Both the position numbers and the translations under genes were made by a program. This document shows positions 30,173 to 40,014 of a stretch of 64,000 nucleotides of DNA, piece after piece. The stretch covers positions 32,001 to 96,000 of the forward strand of contig QCUR01000002.1 of the NCBI GenBank assembly GCA_003208875.1. Reading direction: 5' to 3'. The DNA is from Prochlorococcus sp. AG-679-M23. GTDB taxonomy: Bacteria; Cyanobacteriota; Cyanobacteriia; PCC-6307; Cyanobiaceae. Position 1 is the stretch's first letter, and every line of letters begins with the position of its first letter. Under the pieces are notes generated by a model that saw only the letters and a list, made by a program, of their open reading frames with translations, had not been told where the DNA came from and ran no database searches.

Positions 30173-31555
30173 TTAATTGGCTAAGTTTCTAAATCTTGTA
30201 AATTGGGGTTCAAATAATAATTTAACAGTTCCAACAGGACCGTTTCTGTGTTTCGTGACAATAATTTCAGTTATTCCTCTATCTTCAGTTTCTGGATTGT
30301 AATACTCATCTCTGTAAATCATTAATACTAAGTCGGCATCTTGTTCTATAGATCCGGATTCTCTAAGGTCACTTAACATAGGTCTTTTATTTGTTCTTGA
30401 TTCAACTCCTCTACTTAATTGAGATAAAGCAACTACTGGTACTTTTAACTCTCTTGCCATACTTTTGAGACCTCTAGTGATACGAGATAGCTCTTGAACT
30501 CTGTTATCAGGTGTTGTACCCTCCATTAGTTGTAAGTAGTCAATAACTATTAATCCAAGTTCTTTTTTCTGCTCAGCTATTAATCTTCTGCATAGAGACC
30601 TCATTTCTAAAACACTTAAATTAGGCTTATCATCAATAAAAATTGGCAGTTGACCTAAAGAGTTAATTCCTTCTCCAAGTAAAGGCCATTCTTCTTGTTG
30701 TAGCCTTCCGGTTCTTAATCTTCCGCTTTCTATACCCACTTCCATAGAAAGTAATCTATATGTAAGTTGTTCTTTGCTCATCTCAAGGCTAAATACACAA
30801 ACTGGAAGATCCTGAGATTGAGCTACATTTTTTGCTAGGTTTAAAACCATTGAAGTTTTCCCCATTGAGGGTCTTCCTGCCACAATTATTAGATCACTCC
30901 TTTGAAAGCCTTGAGTCATTGCGTCAAGGTCATAAAAATTTACTGGAATACCAGCTACAGATGTTCCTAATGATCTGGACTCTATTTCATTAAAAGTACT
31001 TGTAAGAATTTCTGCCGCTTGGGTCAGACCTTTTGTCGGTTTTTCTTGACTAATTTCAAAAATTTTCTGTTCTGCCTTATCTAAAACTTCATTGGTTTCT
31101 TGTGTTTGATCAAATCCTAGTTGAACAACCTCATTCCCAGATCGGATGAGTTGTCTCCTTATAAATTTATCACTAATTAAATTCGCAACTTGTTCTATTG
31201 AAGCTGTTGAAGAAACATTTTCTACAAGTTCTACTAATTTAGAATTGCCTCCAACCTTTTCAAGTGATCCATTGTCAGCAAGCCATGCACTCATTGAAGT
31301 TAGATCTGTAGGTTTGCCTTGTGTATGCAACATTAAGGCGGTTTTATATATCTCTTGATGAGCATTTATATAAAAGGCTTCTGGTTTAATCAAGTCTGCA
31401 ATCCTTCCTATCGCATCAGGATCAAGTAAAATTCCCCCTAAAACAGCTTCTTCTGCTTGAATATTTTGGGGAGGAACTAAACCAGCGTTTTCATTATTAA
31501 AGTCCTTTTTAAAATTCTTATTAGACCCATTATTTGAAAAAGGAACTGAAACCAT
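30173..31555 (-). CDS. dnaB: Replicative DNA helicase
   Basis: [41 protein letters not shown]; no intein. Confidence 0.98.
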   Translation of the reverse strand: MVSVPFSNNGSNKNFKKDFNNENAGLVPPQNIQAEEAVLGGILLDPDAIGRIADLIKPEAFYINAHQEIYKTALMLHTQGKPTDLTSMSAWLADNGSLEKVGGNSKLVELVENVSSTASIEQVANLISDKFIRRQLIRSGNEVVQLGFDQTQETNEVLDKAEQKIFEISQEKPTKGLTQAAEILTSTFNEIESRSLGTSVAGIPVNFYDLDAMTQGFQRSDLIIVAGRPSMGKTSMVLNLAKNVAQSQDLPVCVFSLEMSKEQLTYRLLSMEVGIESGRLRTGRLQQEEWPLLGEGINSLGQLPIFIDDKPNLSVLEMRSLCRRLIAEQKKELGLIVIDYLQLMEGTTPDNRVQELSRITRGLKSMARELKVPVVALSQLSRGVESRTNKRPMLSDLRESGSIEQDADLVLMIYRDEYYNPETEDRGITEIIVTKHRNGPVGTVKLLFEPQFTRFRNLAN

Positions 31556-31613
31556 GTACTTAAAGACTTAGATATATACTCTGACTACTTTTCCAAATAA
31601 TGCAACAAAGTTA

Positions 31614-32069
31614 TTAACTTGTTACTTCAATGTTTACTTCCGCACTTACTTCTTGATGTAGTTTTATCTTTGCAACGAAAGAACCTAAATTATGAATATC
31701 TGGGACAGTTATGTCTCTTCTATCAATATCTTTTTTCGTAGCTGCCTCTATAGCTTCAGCAACATCTCCATTAGTAACAGTTCCAAAAAGGACACCATCT
31801 TCTCCAACTTGTTTCTTGATTGTAAATCTACCAATAGTTGCTAGTGCGGTTTTAAAGTCGATAGCTTCTTGTTTTACTTTCTCTGCAGCAATTTTTTCTT
31901 TTGCTCTTTTTCGTTCAATTTGTTTCAGAATTGAGGGAGTTACATTAGTTGCTTTACCAAATGGTAATAAAAAATTCCTTGCATAACCAGGGGCTACTTC
32001 TACCACATCACCATCTCTACCAAGAGTGGCAACTGATTCTGTTAAAACGACTTTTACTCTTTTAGCCAT
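31614..32069 (-). CDS. rplI: 50S ribosomal protein L9
   Basis: [27 protein letters not shown]. Confidence 0.97.
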   Translation of the reverse strand: MAKRVKVVLTESVATLGRDGDVVEVAPGYARNFLLPFGKATNVTPSILKQIERKRAKEKIAAEKVKQEAIDFKTALATIGRFTIKKQVGEDGVLFGTVTNGDVAEAIEAATKKDIDRRDITVPDIHNLGSFVAKIKLHQEVSAEVNIEVTS

Positions 32070-32089
32070 GAAAATATTTATTTATATAT

Positions 32090-33028
32090 TTAATAATAAG
32101 ACCTAGAGGGTAATTTTACTTTTTTTGCGAATCCTAATTTGGCAAGAATCTTAATATGTTCCCATGTTAAATCAATTTGGCCTCTAAATAATCCCTGTCT
32201 AGCTGAATTAGGAAATGCATGATGATTATTATGCCATCCTTCTCCAAATGTTAAAGCTGCAACCCAAGCATTATTTTTTGATCCATCGCCGCTTTCAAAA
32301 GGAGCTTTTCCCCAACAATGGGTAGCTGAGTTTACTAACCACGTAATGTGATAAACCACTACAAGTCTTAGAGGTATTCCCCATAATACTAATGCCCAAC
32401 CTCCAACACCTAATTTTTGCCCTATTGCATACAAACATAAGCCAATAGGGATTTGTAAAAACAGAAAATATTTATTAAGGAATCTATAATATGGATCTTT
32501 AATTAAATCTGCACTTAATTTTGGTACTGCCTTTAATGCCTCAACATCTTTAAACATCCAACCCATGTGACTCCACCAAAATCCTCTCTTACTATTGTGA
32601 TGATCAACTTCTGTGTCTGAGAAAGAGTGGTGGTGCCTGTGTAGACCAACCCAATCTATTGGTCCATGCTGGCAGCTGATAGCTCCACATGTAGCAAAAA
32701 ATCTCTCCAACCATCTTGGGACAACAAACGATCTATGGGAAAGTAAACGATGATAACCCAAAGTGACTCCAAGACAGGCAGTTAACCAGTAAAAGAAAAA
32801 TAATGCAGTTACTGCAGGCATGCTCCAAAACTGAGGTTGTAATGCCACTAAGGATAATAAATGGATGGCAATCATGAAAAAGATTGTTCCCCATGTTTTG
32901 TGTAATCTTGGAGGATATCTCTTAGAGTGACTAGATGGTTCAAGTAATTTATCCGAAAGTTCTATAACTTTTTCTGCAGGGACAGGTTTTTTTAATTTGG
33001 CTGTTTCTTGGAAGATAACTGATTTCAT
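32090..33028 (-). CDS. desC: Acyl-lipid delta-9 fatty acid desaturase
   Basis: His boxes HRLLSH, HRHHH, HNNHH; GEGWHNNHHAF. Start set at ATG 33028 (MKSVIF). Confidence 0.88.
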   Translation of the reverse strand: MKSVIFQETAKLKKPVPAEKVIELSDKLLEPSSHSKRYPPRLHKTWGTIFFMIAIHLLSLVALQPQFWSMPAVTALFFFYWLTACLGVTLGYHRLLSHRSFVVPRWLERFFATCGAISCQHGPIDWVGLHRHHHSFSDTEVDHHNSKRGFWWSHMGWMFKDVEALKAVPKLSADLIKDPYYRFLNKYFLFLQIPIGLCLYAIGQKLGVGGWALVLWGIPLRLVVVYHITWLVNSATHCWGKAPFESGDGSKNNAWVAALTFGEGWHNNHHAFPNSARQGLFRGQIDLTWEHIKILAKLGFAKKVKLPSRSYY

Positions 33029-33104
33029 AATATTGGAGAAACTATTTTCAAAAAGACCGATATGTAATATTATCATACTATACTATTGATTATTTTAATT
33101 ATCC

Positions 33105-33812
33105 GTGAGCTTAGGATATCGCGATAAATTATTGAAGGGTCGAAGAGCGATGGCTCATTTGATTCATCTTTGGCATGAGAGGAATGGTTGGTCTCACAGG
33201 GTTTTACCCTTGCTGTCTGAAATACTTGATTTAGGAAGAGTACATAATTCTCAGATTTCAAATCTTAGAAACGGAAAGTTATCATCGCCTGGCCCGGAAG
33301 TTTTTCTTGCATTAGCACAGGTCAATACGATTCTTGATCAAGGCATAGAATCGATAAGGGATCAATTAGAGAAGAATCATCCAGAATTATGGAGGTCATT
33401 ACAAGATTCTGCTCTTCCATTAAAAAATGATGCTGATAATCCTTTGTCAGCTGGAGAATTATTTGAAATTTTTTCTGGATTAAAACCGCTCCCATTGTCA
33501 TTTGATTGGTATATAGAGGATTCTGAAGCGTCTGCGTTAAGTGATGCTCTTTCTGATCATTTTTGTCAAAATAGGCCCTGGAGATCTTGTAAAACAATCA
33601 TTATGGATGCGTACACAGTTTCTAAGACACTAAGAAGAGATCGTTTTGCAGAAGTGATAGCGGGAATAAAAGATTTTACAGCAGAAGAATTAGATGGTGA
33701 ATTGTTAGATCTTTACGAGACTTCAAAAAAACTTTCTTATTTCAATGGAGGAGGACCCAATGCTTTTCTCACATACTTAAGAGATATAGCTTCACAAAAA
33801 AAGAAAGTTTAA
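33105..33812 (+). CDS. Hypothetical protein with an XRE-like HTH N-terminal region
   Basis: 235-aa ORF with GTG start; WHERNGWS...VHNSQISNLRNGK..PGPEVFLALA resembles an XRE/Cro HTH (pattern recognition only). Confidence 0.7.
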   Translation: MSLGYRDKLLKGRRAMAHLIHLWHERNGWSHRVLPLLSEILDLGRVHNSQISNLRNGKLSSPGPEVFLALAQVNTILDQGIESIRDQLEKNHPELWRSLQDSALPLKNDADNPLSAGELFEIFSGLKPLPLSFDWYIEDSEASALSDALSDHFCQNRPWRSCKTIIMDAYTVSKTLRRDRFAEVIAGIKDFTAEELDGELLDLYETSKKLSYFNGGGPNAFLTYLRDIASQKKKV

Positions 33813-33816
33813 GAGA

Positions 33817-35106
33817 ATGAAAAATAAAAATTATAATTTTAGCTTAGCCGAAGAAATGGTTATATCTGTGGAAGAAGGTTTAAAGGGTATTTTTAATGAA
33901 AGATCAAATCAAATCTATTACAAATTAAATAATATCTTGAAAATTTTTAAAGAAGAAAAAGTCTCAACTAGTCACTTTAATCAATCTACAGGTAGCGGAC
34001 ATGATGATTTATCTAGGCAAAAGATTGATGAGGTATTTGCAAAATTTTTTCTCGCAGAGAAATCAGCTGTCAGGATGCAATTTGTAAGTGGGACCCATGC
34101 TATAAGCTCAGTTCTTTTTGGTATTTTACGGCCAGGGGATTTAATGTTATCTGTAACTGGAACTCCTTACGATACATTGGAGGAAGTGATCGGTATAAGA
34201 GGAAAGGGTAAAGGTTCTTTATTAGATTTAGGAGTTGGATATCGTCAAATTAGTATGGATGAAAAAACAAGTTCCTACGAAGATAAACTAGTAGATTTTT
34301 TTAAACATAATAAATGTAAACTAGTATTTATCCAGAAAAGTTGTGGTTATAGTTGGAGAAAATCTTTAAATAATAATCAAATAAAACAAATCTGTAATCT
34401 TGTTCATTCACTTAATCCTGAGACTATTTGTTTTGTGGATAATTGTTATGGAGAACTTGTAGAAGATAGTGAACCAATTATTAATGGCGCAAATATAATC
34501 GCTGGATCTCTAATTAAAAATTTGGGTGGGACTATTGTTCCTACTGGCGGATACATTGCAGGTGATTCTGAATTAGTTGAAATGGCATGCTGTAGATTGA
34601 CCGCACCAGGAATTGGTGCCGATGCAGGAATTAACTTTGGTTTCGGAAGATTAATTCTGCAGGGATTATTTTTAGCACCACAAATGGTGCACGAATCTTT
34701 AAAAGGTGCTGATTTGGTAGCTGCAGTATTTAAAAAACTAGGTTTTATTGTTTTACCCGAGCCTAAATCGTACAGATCAGACATCATTCAAGCAGTTAGA
34801 TTAAATAATCCACACTTAATACAAAAAGTATGTCAGTCCTTTCAAAATTCTTCACCGATAGATTCTTTTTTAAATGTTATTCCTTCTCCAATGAGTGGTT
34901 ATGATTCAAATTTATTAATGTCTGGAGGAACGTTTATTGAAGGAAGTACAAGTGAATTTTCAGCTGATGCTCCTTTAAGAGATCCATTTAATATTTTTGT
35001 TCAAGGTGGTTCTCACATGGCTCACATCAAAATTGCTTTAATTCAATTAGTATTTGAGCTATTAGAAGAAAATCTAATTGAAAAGGAATCTCTCATTTTT
35101 CCATAA
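33817..35106 (+). CDS. PLP-dependent methionine gamma-lyase-like protein (YnbB/'aluminium resistance' family)
   Basis: QFVSGTHAI, PYDTLEEVIG, FVDNCYGE, AGSLIKNLGG, GGTFIEGSTSEFSADAP. Confidence 0.85.
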   Translation: MKNKNYNFSLAEEMVISVEEGLKGIFNERSNQIYYKLNNILKIFKEEKVSTSHFNQSTGSGHDDLSRQKIDEVFAKFFLAEKSAVRMQFVSGTHAISSVLFGILRPGDLMLSVTGTPYDTLEEVIGIRGKGKGSLLDLGVGYRQISMDEKTSSYEDKLVDFFKHNKCKLVFIQKSCGYSWRKSLNNNQIKQICNLVHSLNPETICFVDNCYGELVEDSEPIINGANIIAGSLIKNLGGTIVPTGGYIAGDSELVEMACCRLTAPGIGADAGINFGFGRLILQGLFLAPQMVHESLKGADLVAAVFKKLGFIVLPEPKSYRSDIIQAVRLNNPHLIQKVCQSFQNSSPIDSFLNVIPSPMSGYDSNLLMSGGTFIEGSTSEFSADAPLRDPFNIFVQGGSHMAHIKIALIQLVFELLEENLIEKESLIFP

Positions 35107-35114
35107 ATTTTATT

Positions 35115-35504
35115 ATGTCTTATAAGTTTCCAAATTATCTAAAATATGCTGATACACATGAATATGTGAAGGAAGAAAATGGATTGTTTAAAATTGGTGT
35201 TAGTGAGTTTGCTATTGATCAATTAGGAGATATCGTTTTTGTTGAATTAGTCGAGAAGGGAACTAATTTACAAAAAGGAGAAACCTTTGGAACAATTGAA
35301 TCTGTCAAGGCTGTTGAAGAAGTATATCTTCCTTTTTCAGGAGAAGTGATTTCTGTAAATGAAGGAGTTATTGATAATCCAGAAATTTTGCAAAATGATC
35401 CAATTGGTGATGGATGGTTGTTAATTATTAAATCAGAATCAAATGTTTTGTTAGACGAATTAATGAATTCAGATGAATATAAATCAAAGGTTGTTCCGAA
35501 TTAA
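35115..35504 (+). CDS. gcvH: Glycine cleavage system H protein
   Basis: THEY, QLGDIVFVEL, lipoyl-Lys motif ESVKA, GWL. Confidence 0.96.
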   Translation: MSYKFPNYLKYADTHEYVKEENGLFKIGVSEFAIDQLGDIVFVELVEKGTNLQKGETFGTIESVKAVEEVYLPFSGEVISVNEGVIDNPEILQNDPIGDGWLLIIKSESNVLLDELMNSDEYKSKVVPN

Positions 35505-35550
35505 AGCAAATTTCTAAAAACCGGCTATTTTAAAGAAAAATAAATTAAAT

Positions 35551-38460
35551 ATGAATCCCAAAAGCAACTCGGATTTATTTATTGATAGACATCTTGGATT
35601 GAAGCCTAATGATGAAAAAAAGATGCTTCAGAAAATTGGTTTTAACAATATAGATGAATTTATTAATCAAGTTATTCCTGCAGATATTCAGTTAAAAGAA
35701 AAATATTCAGATGTTTTGCCAAAAGGATGTTCTGAAATGGAGGCATTGAACGAATTAGAAGAAATATCTAATAAAAATCATAAATTTAGATCTTTAATTG
35801 GACTTGGATATTACGGAACGCATACCCCTAAAGTTGTACAAAGGCATGTGTTAGAAAACCCCAGGTGGTACACCGCTTATACCCCTTATCAAGCTGAAAT
35901 TGCTCAAGGCAGATTAGAAGCTTTGTTTAATTTTCAAACTTTAATTTGTGAATTAACCGGTTTCTCTATAGCTAATGCATCTCTTTTAGATGAGGGAACA
36001 GCTGCTGCAGAAGCAATGACAATGAGTTTTTCTTCAAGGAAAAATAAGTCCTCAAATATTTTCTTAGTAGATGAAAATGTTTTTGACCATACATTTAATG
36101 TTTTATTGACGAGAGCTAAACCATTAGGAATCAAGTTAAAACGTTTTAACCAAAAGTACTTTAATAATCATGATGATGTTTTTGGTCTCTTAATCCAGCT
36201 TCCTGGTAAAAATGGAGATTTATTTGATCCAACATTTTTAATCTCCCAAGCTCATAAAGCAGAAATAGTTGTCACATCAATTATTGATCCTCTTGCGCAA
36301 GTTTTAATAAAACCAATAGCTCAATTTGGAGTTGACATAGCTGTAGGAAGTTTGCAAAGATTTGGAGTTCCAATGGGCTTTGGTGGTCCTCATGCAGCAT
36401 TTTTTGCATGTACTGAAAAATATAAAAGACTTATACCAGGAAGAATCGTAGGACAAACTCTATCTAGAAATGGAGAACAATCACTGAGATTGGCATTGCA
36501 AACAAGAGAACAACATATAAGAAGAGAAAAGGCGACTAGTAATATTTGTACAGCTCAATCTTTATTAGCAATAATATCTTCTTTTTATGCCATATATCAT
36601 GGGTCTTCAGGATTAACAAAAATGGCTAAGAGATTAGTTGTTTTAAGACGATATCTAGAATCTTTACTTTCTGAGTTAGGTTTAAAAATACCTCTTGGGA
36701 GTAGGTTCGATAGTTTTGATATTTACTGTGAGGAATCTGAAAAGATTCATAAAGAAGCTCTAAAAAACGGATTCAACTTTAGAATTTTACCTTTGGGTTC
36801 ATCGATTGAGGAATCTAAAGGATTTGGAATTTCCCTAGATGAGCTTACTGATAAAAATGAAATCCATAAGATAGTAGCTTGCGTAGCAAATGGGCTAGGA
36901 AGAAAAGAAGATTTAACGCACATTACACTTAATAATTGTTTTCAGTTTGAGGGTATTCCTCTAAGAGATAAAGAATGGATGCAACAAAATGTATTTGAAA
37001 ATTATCAAAGTGAGACTGATTTAATGAGATATATTTTTAAACTTGCTGAGAAAGACTTTTCACTGGTTGATGGAATGATTCCACTAGGAAGTTGTACTAT
37101 GAAATTAAATTCTGCAGCAGAGCTTAGTCCTATTTCATGGGCTAATTTATCCTCAATTCATCCTTTCGCTCCAGCTAATCAAACTAAAGGGTATTCAAAA
37201 ATAATAAGCGATCTTGAGATATGGATTAGTGACCTTATTGGCTTGAAGTCAGTTTCATTTCAGCCAAATGCAGGCTCTCAAGGAGAGTTTGCCGGTTTAT
37301 TGGCAATCAATTCTTATTTCGCTTCAAAAGGTGATTCATCAAGAAAAAAATGCCTAATTCCACAAAGTGCTCATGGAACAAATCCTGCTAGTGCGGTTAT
37401 GGCAGGGTTTGATGTTGTAACTATAAAATGTGATTCTGAGGGTAATATTTCTTATGAGGATTTATTAATTAAGGTCCAGGAATTTGATAATGAAATTGGT
37501 GCATTAATGTTAACTTATCCTTCTACTCATGGAGTTTTTGAATTAAAAATTAGAGAAATATGTGACTTAATACATTCAGTTGGCGCATTTGTTTATTTGG
37601 ATGGAGCTAATCTTAACGCTCAGGTGGGATTGTGTAAGCCTGGAGATTATGGAGTGGATGTTTGTCATTTAAATCTACATAAAACATTTTGTATCCCTCA
37701 TGGTGGCGGTGGTCCTGGAGTTGGCCCAGTTGCAACATCCGAAACTTTAAGTCCTTTTCTCCCTTCTCATTCGTTGAAAGATAATATTTCTAATTCATTC
37801 GGTTATTCTGTATCTTCTTCACAGCATGGAAGTGCAAGTATTCTTCCAATAAGCTGGATGTATATAAAGATGGTTGGTCAAAGTGGTTTAAGAAAGGCGA
37901 GTAGTCATGCAATATTGTCAGCAAATTATATCGCTAATAAATTAAAAAATAAATTTAAGATTTTATATAAAGGACAAAATAATTTTGTCGCACATGAATG
38001 TATTCTAGATTTTAGAGAGTTGAAGTCAAAAACAGGCTTAAGTGTTAACGATATAGCTAAGAGATTAATAGATTATAGCTTTCATGCTCCAACGATAAGT
38101 TGGCCAGTTCCTGAAACTATAATGATAGAGCCTACTGAAAGTGAAAGTTTGACAGAGTTAGATAGATTTTGTGAAGCTATGATATTAATAAACGAAGAAA
38201 TTGAAGAAATTGAAAATAATAGTAATCTCAGAAATAATAATTTAATTAGTAATGCGCCTCATACCATAAATGAGTTGATTTCAGATAATTGGAATTATCC
38301 TTATTCAAAAGAAAAAGCTGCATATCCGTATAAAGGTAAATTCGAACACAAATTCTGGTCTTCTGTATCAAGAATTGATAATGCTTATGGAGATAGAAAT
38401 TTAATTTGTTCTTGTAATGTCAACGATAAAGATTTTTTAGATGACAAAAAATGTGCATAA
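35551..38460 (+). CDS. gcvP: Glycine dehydrogenase (P protein)
   Basis: YTPYQAEIAQGRLE, REQHIRREKATSNICTAQ, PLGSCTMK, HLNLHKTF, YGDRNLICSC. Confidence 0.98.
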   Translation: MNPKSNSDLFIDRHLGLKPNDEKKMLQKIGFNNIDEFINQVIPADIQLKEKYSDVLPKGCSEMEALNELEEISNKNHKFRSLIGLGYYGTHTPKVVQRHVLENPRWYTAYTPYQAEIAQGRLEALFNFQTLICELTGFSIANASLLDEGTAAAEAMTMSFSSRKNKSSNIFLVDENVFDHTFNVLLTRAKPLGIKLKRFNQKYFNNHDDVFGLLIQLPGKNGDLFDPTFLISQAHKAEIVVTSIIDPLAQVLIKPIAQFGVDIAVGSLQRFGVPMGFGGPHAAFFACTEKYKRLIPGRIVGQTLSRNGEQSLRLALQTREQHIRREKATSNICTAQSLLAIISSFYAIYHGSSGLTKMAKRLVVLRRYLESLLSELGLKIPLGSRFDSFDIYCEESEKIHKEALKNGFNFRILPLGSSIEESKGFGISLDELTDKNEIHKIVACVANGLGRKEDLTHITLNNCFQFEGIPLRDKEWMQQNVFENYQSETDLMRYIFKLAEKDFSLVDGMIPLGSCTMKLNSAAELSPISWANLSSIHPFAPANQTKGYSKIISDLEIWISDLIGLKSVSFQPNAGSQGEFAGLLAINSYFASKGDSSRKKCLIPQSAHGTNPASAVMAGFDVVTIKCDSEGNISYEDLLIKVQEFDNEIGALMLTYPSTHGVFELKIREICDLIHSVGAFVYLDGANLNAQVGLCKPGDYGVDVCHLNLHKTFCIPHGGGGPGVGPVATSETLSPFLPSHSLKDNISNSFGYSVSSSQHGSASILPISWMYIKMVGQSGLRKASSHAILSANYIANKLKNKFKILYKGQNNFVAHECILDFRELKSKTGLSVNDIAKRLIDYSFHAPTISWPVPETIMIEPTESESLTELDRFCEAMILINEEIEEIENNSNLRNNNLISNAPHTINELISDNWNYPYSKEKAAYPYKGKFEHKFWSSVSRIDNAYGDRNLICSCNVNDKDFLDDKKCA

Positions 38461-38590
38461 ATACTAGCGTTCTTCTGATTTTTTAGTTATCGTCAGATTG
38501 AATAAAAAATTTAATATTTTCTTATAGAATTTTTTTAAATTTTTTGATTAATATTATCAAGCATCAAATTTATTTGGGGTATTTGAAGCT

Positions 38591-38842
38591 ATGAGCAAAG
38601 ATTTTAAATCTGGTAAGGTCAAGCCTTTGCCTTTCAATAATTTGGATTTACCAAATTTTGTTAATAATTCCTTAGGGAATAATACAAAGGTAAATTCTGT
38701 TGAAGGTACTAATGTAATTAGAGTGCCATTTGGAAAAAGATTTCCTAAAAAACAGAGGCCCGATAAGAATCAAAATATAGCTACTTTAATTCTCCCAATC
38801 AATACATTTATGAATCCTACCCCCCCACCATATGTGGCTTAA
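38591..38842 (+). CDS. Small hypothetical protein (83 aa)
   Basis: Stand-alone ORF filling the gap between gcvP and sqdX; Pro/Asn-rich. Confidence 0.6.
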   Translation: MSKDFKSGKVKPLPFNNLDLPNFVNNSLGNNTKVNSVEGTNVIRVPFGKRFPKKQRPDKNQNIATLILPINTFMNPTPPPYVA

Positions 38843-38853
38843 CTCATAGAAAT

Positions 38854-39987
38854 TTAGGAGATGTTTTCGAGTGTTTCTGAATAATATTTTTGTAATTGAA
38901 GTGTAGCTTGGTTCCAATTCCATTGTTCAGCTTCTTTCCTAGCTTCTTTTCTCATAGATTCTTTTTTATTTTTATCTGCAAGGATTTTTTTAGTAGCTTC
39001 AATTAAACTTCTTTCCCCATTGTCTTTTTCATCTGGGTCATATAAACAACCATTTATCCCATCATTGATAATATCTGGGATACCTCCTTTATTAGCCCCT
39101 ATCACTGGGCATCCTGCAGCCATTGCTTCCAACAATACTAATCCGAGAGTTTCTGTGCTTGATGGGAATAAAAATATATCACCAGATGCGTATGCACTGG
39201 CAAGCTCTTCACCAGACAAATAACCTATAAAATTTGTTTTTGTGTTTTCAAAAATCTTTTCCAACTGTCCCCTGTATGGACCATCTCCCACTAGAGCGAG
39301 ACATGCTCCGGGTATATTATCTAATACAGGTTTGATTCTTTCAATCTGCTTTTCTGCCGATAATCTACCTACATAAATCAAAAGTGAATCAGTCTTTTGA
39401 AATTTTCCAAATAATTTTTCTCTCATTTTTTCGCTTCTTAATTCTGGTCTGAAGTTTTCAGTGTCGACACCTCTTTGCCATAAAGCAGTCCTCTGTATTC
39501 CTTTATCTTCGAGTTCATTAACCATTGCAGTTGAGGTACAAAGATTTAATAAGGCTTGATTATGAGCTGCTTTTAACAATTCCCATAAAAGGGGTTCTAA
39601 CATTCCCATTCCGTAGTGTTCAAGATATTTTGGAAGATGTGTATGGTAACTAGCAATTAGAGGAATATTGTTTGTTTTTGCTAGCCATATGCCTCCAAGT
39701 CCAAGTACAGCAGGATTAACTACATGTACTAAGTCTGGCTTAAATTCTTCTAACTTATCAGAGACTGCAGGGCCAGGTAGGCCTAATTTTAATTCAGGAT
39801 ATAAAGGTAGCGGCATTGCAGCAACTCCTACTATTGTTGCTCCTTTATAAAAATCAGGACATCCTTCAGGACAAAACACTATAACTTCATCACCATTTTT
39901 TGTTAAAAATTCGATGGTTTTAGTTAGTCTTGTTACTATTCCGTCAACTTTAGGTAGAAAAGTTTCAGTAAAGAATGCTATTTTCAC
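38854..39987 (-). CDS. sqdX: Sulfoquinovosyl transferase (GT4)
   Basis: FTETFLPKVDGIV, SYHTH, VGRLSAEK, ETLGLVLLEAMA; directly downstream of sqdB. Confidence 0.9.
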   Translation of the reverse strand: MKIAFFTETFLPKVDGIVTRLTKTIEFLTKNGDEVIVFCPEGCPDFYKGATIVGVAAMPLPLYPELKLGLPGPAVSDKLEEFKPDLVHVVNPAVLGLGGIWLAKTNNIPLIASYHTHLPKYLEHYGMGMLEPLLWELLKAAHNQALLNLCTSTAMVNELEDKGIQRTALWQRGVDTENFRPELRSEKMREKLFGKFQKTDSLLIYVGRLSAEKQIERIKPVLDNIPGACLALVGDGPYRGQLEKIFENTKTNFIGYLSGEELASAYASGDIFLFPSSTETLGLVLLEAMAAGCPVIGANKGGIPDIINDGINGCLYDPDEKDNGERSLIEATKKILADKNKKESMRKEARKEAEQWNWNQATLQLQKYYSETLENIS

Positions 39988-40014
39988 TTTTTTAAGTTAG
40001 ATATAAAACTATTT

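Noticed and set aside
30173..31555. Intein in dnaB (or in dnaX)
   Set aside because: Lengths are normal and the conserved motifs are contiguous.
33062..33078. NtcA-like site TGTA...TAC in the desC spacer
   Set aside because: Spacing is GTA-N9-TAC, not the N8 consensus.
33073..33261. 62-aa minus-strand ORF upstream of desC
   Set aside because: Overlaps the better-supported + strand gene at 33105.
35107..35114. Glycine riboswitch before gcvH (or gcvT); TPP riboswitch before thiG
   Set aside because: The upstream gaps are 8, 50 and 1 bp: no room and no aptamer motifs.
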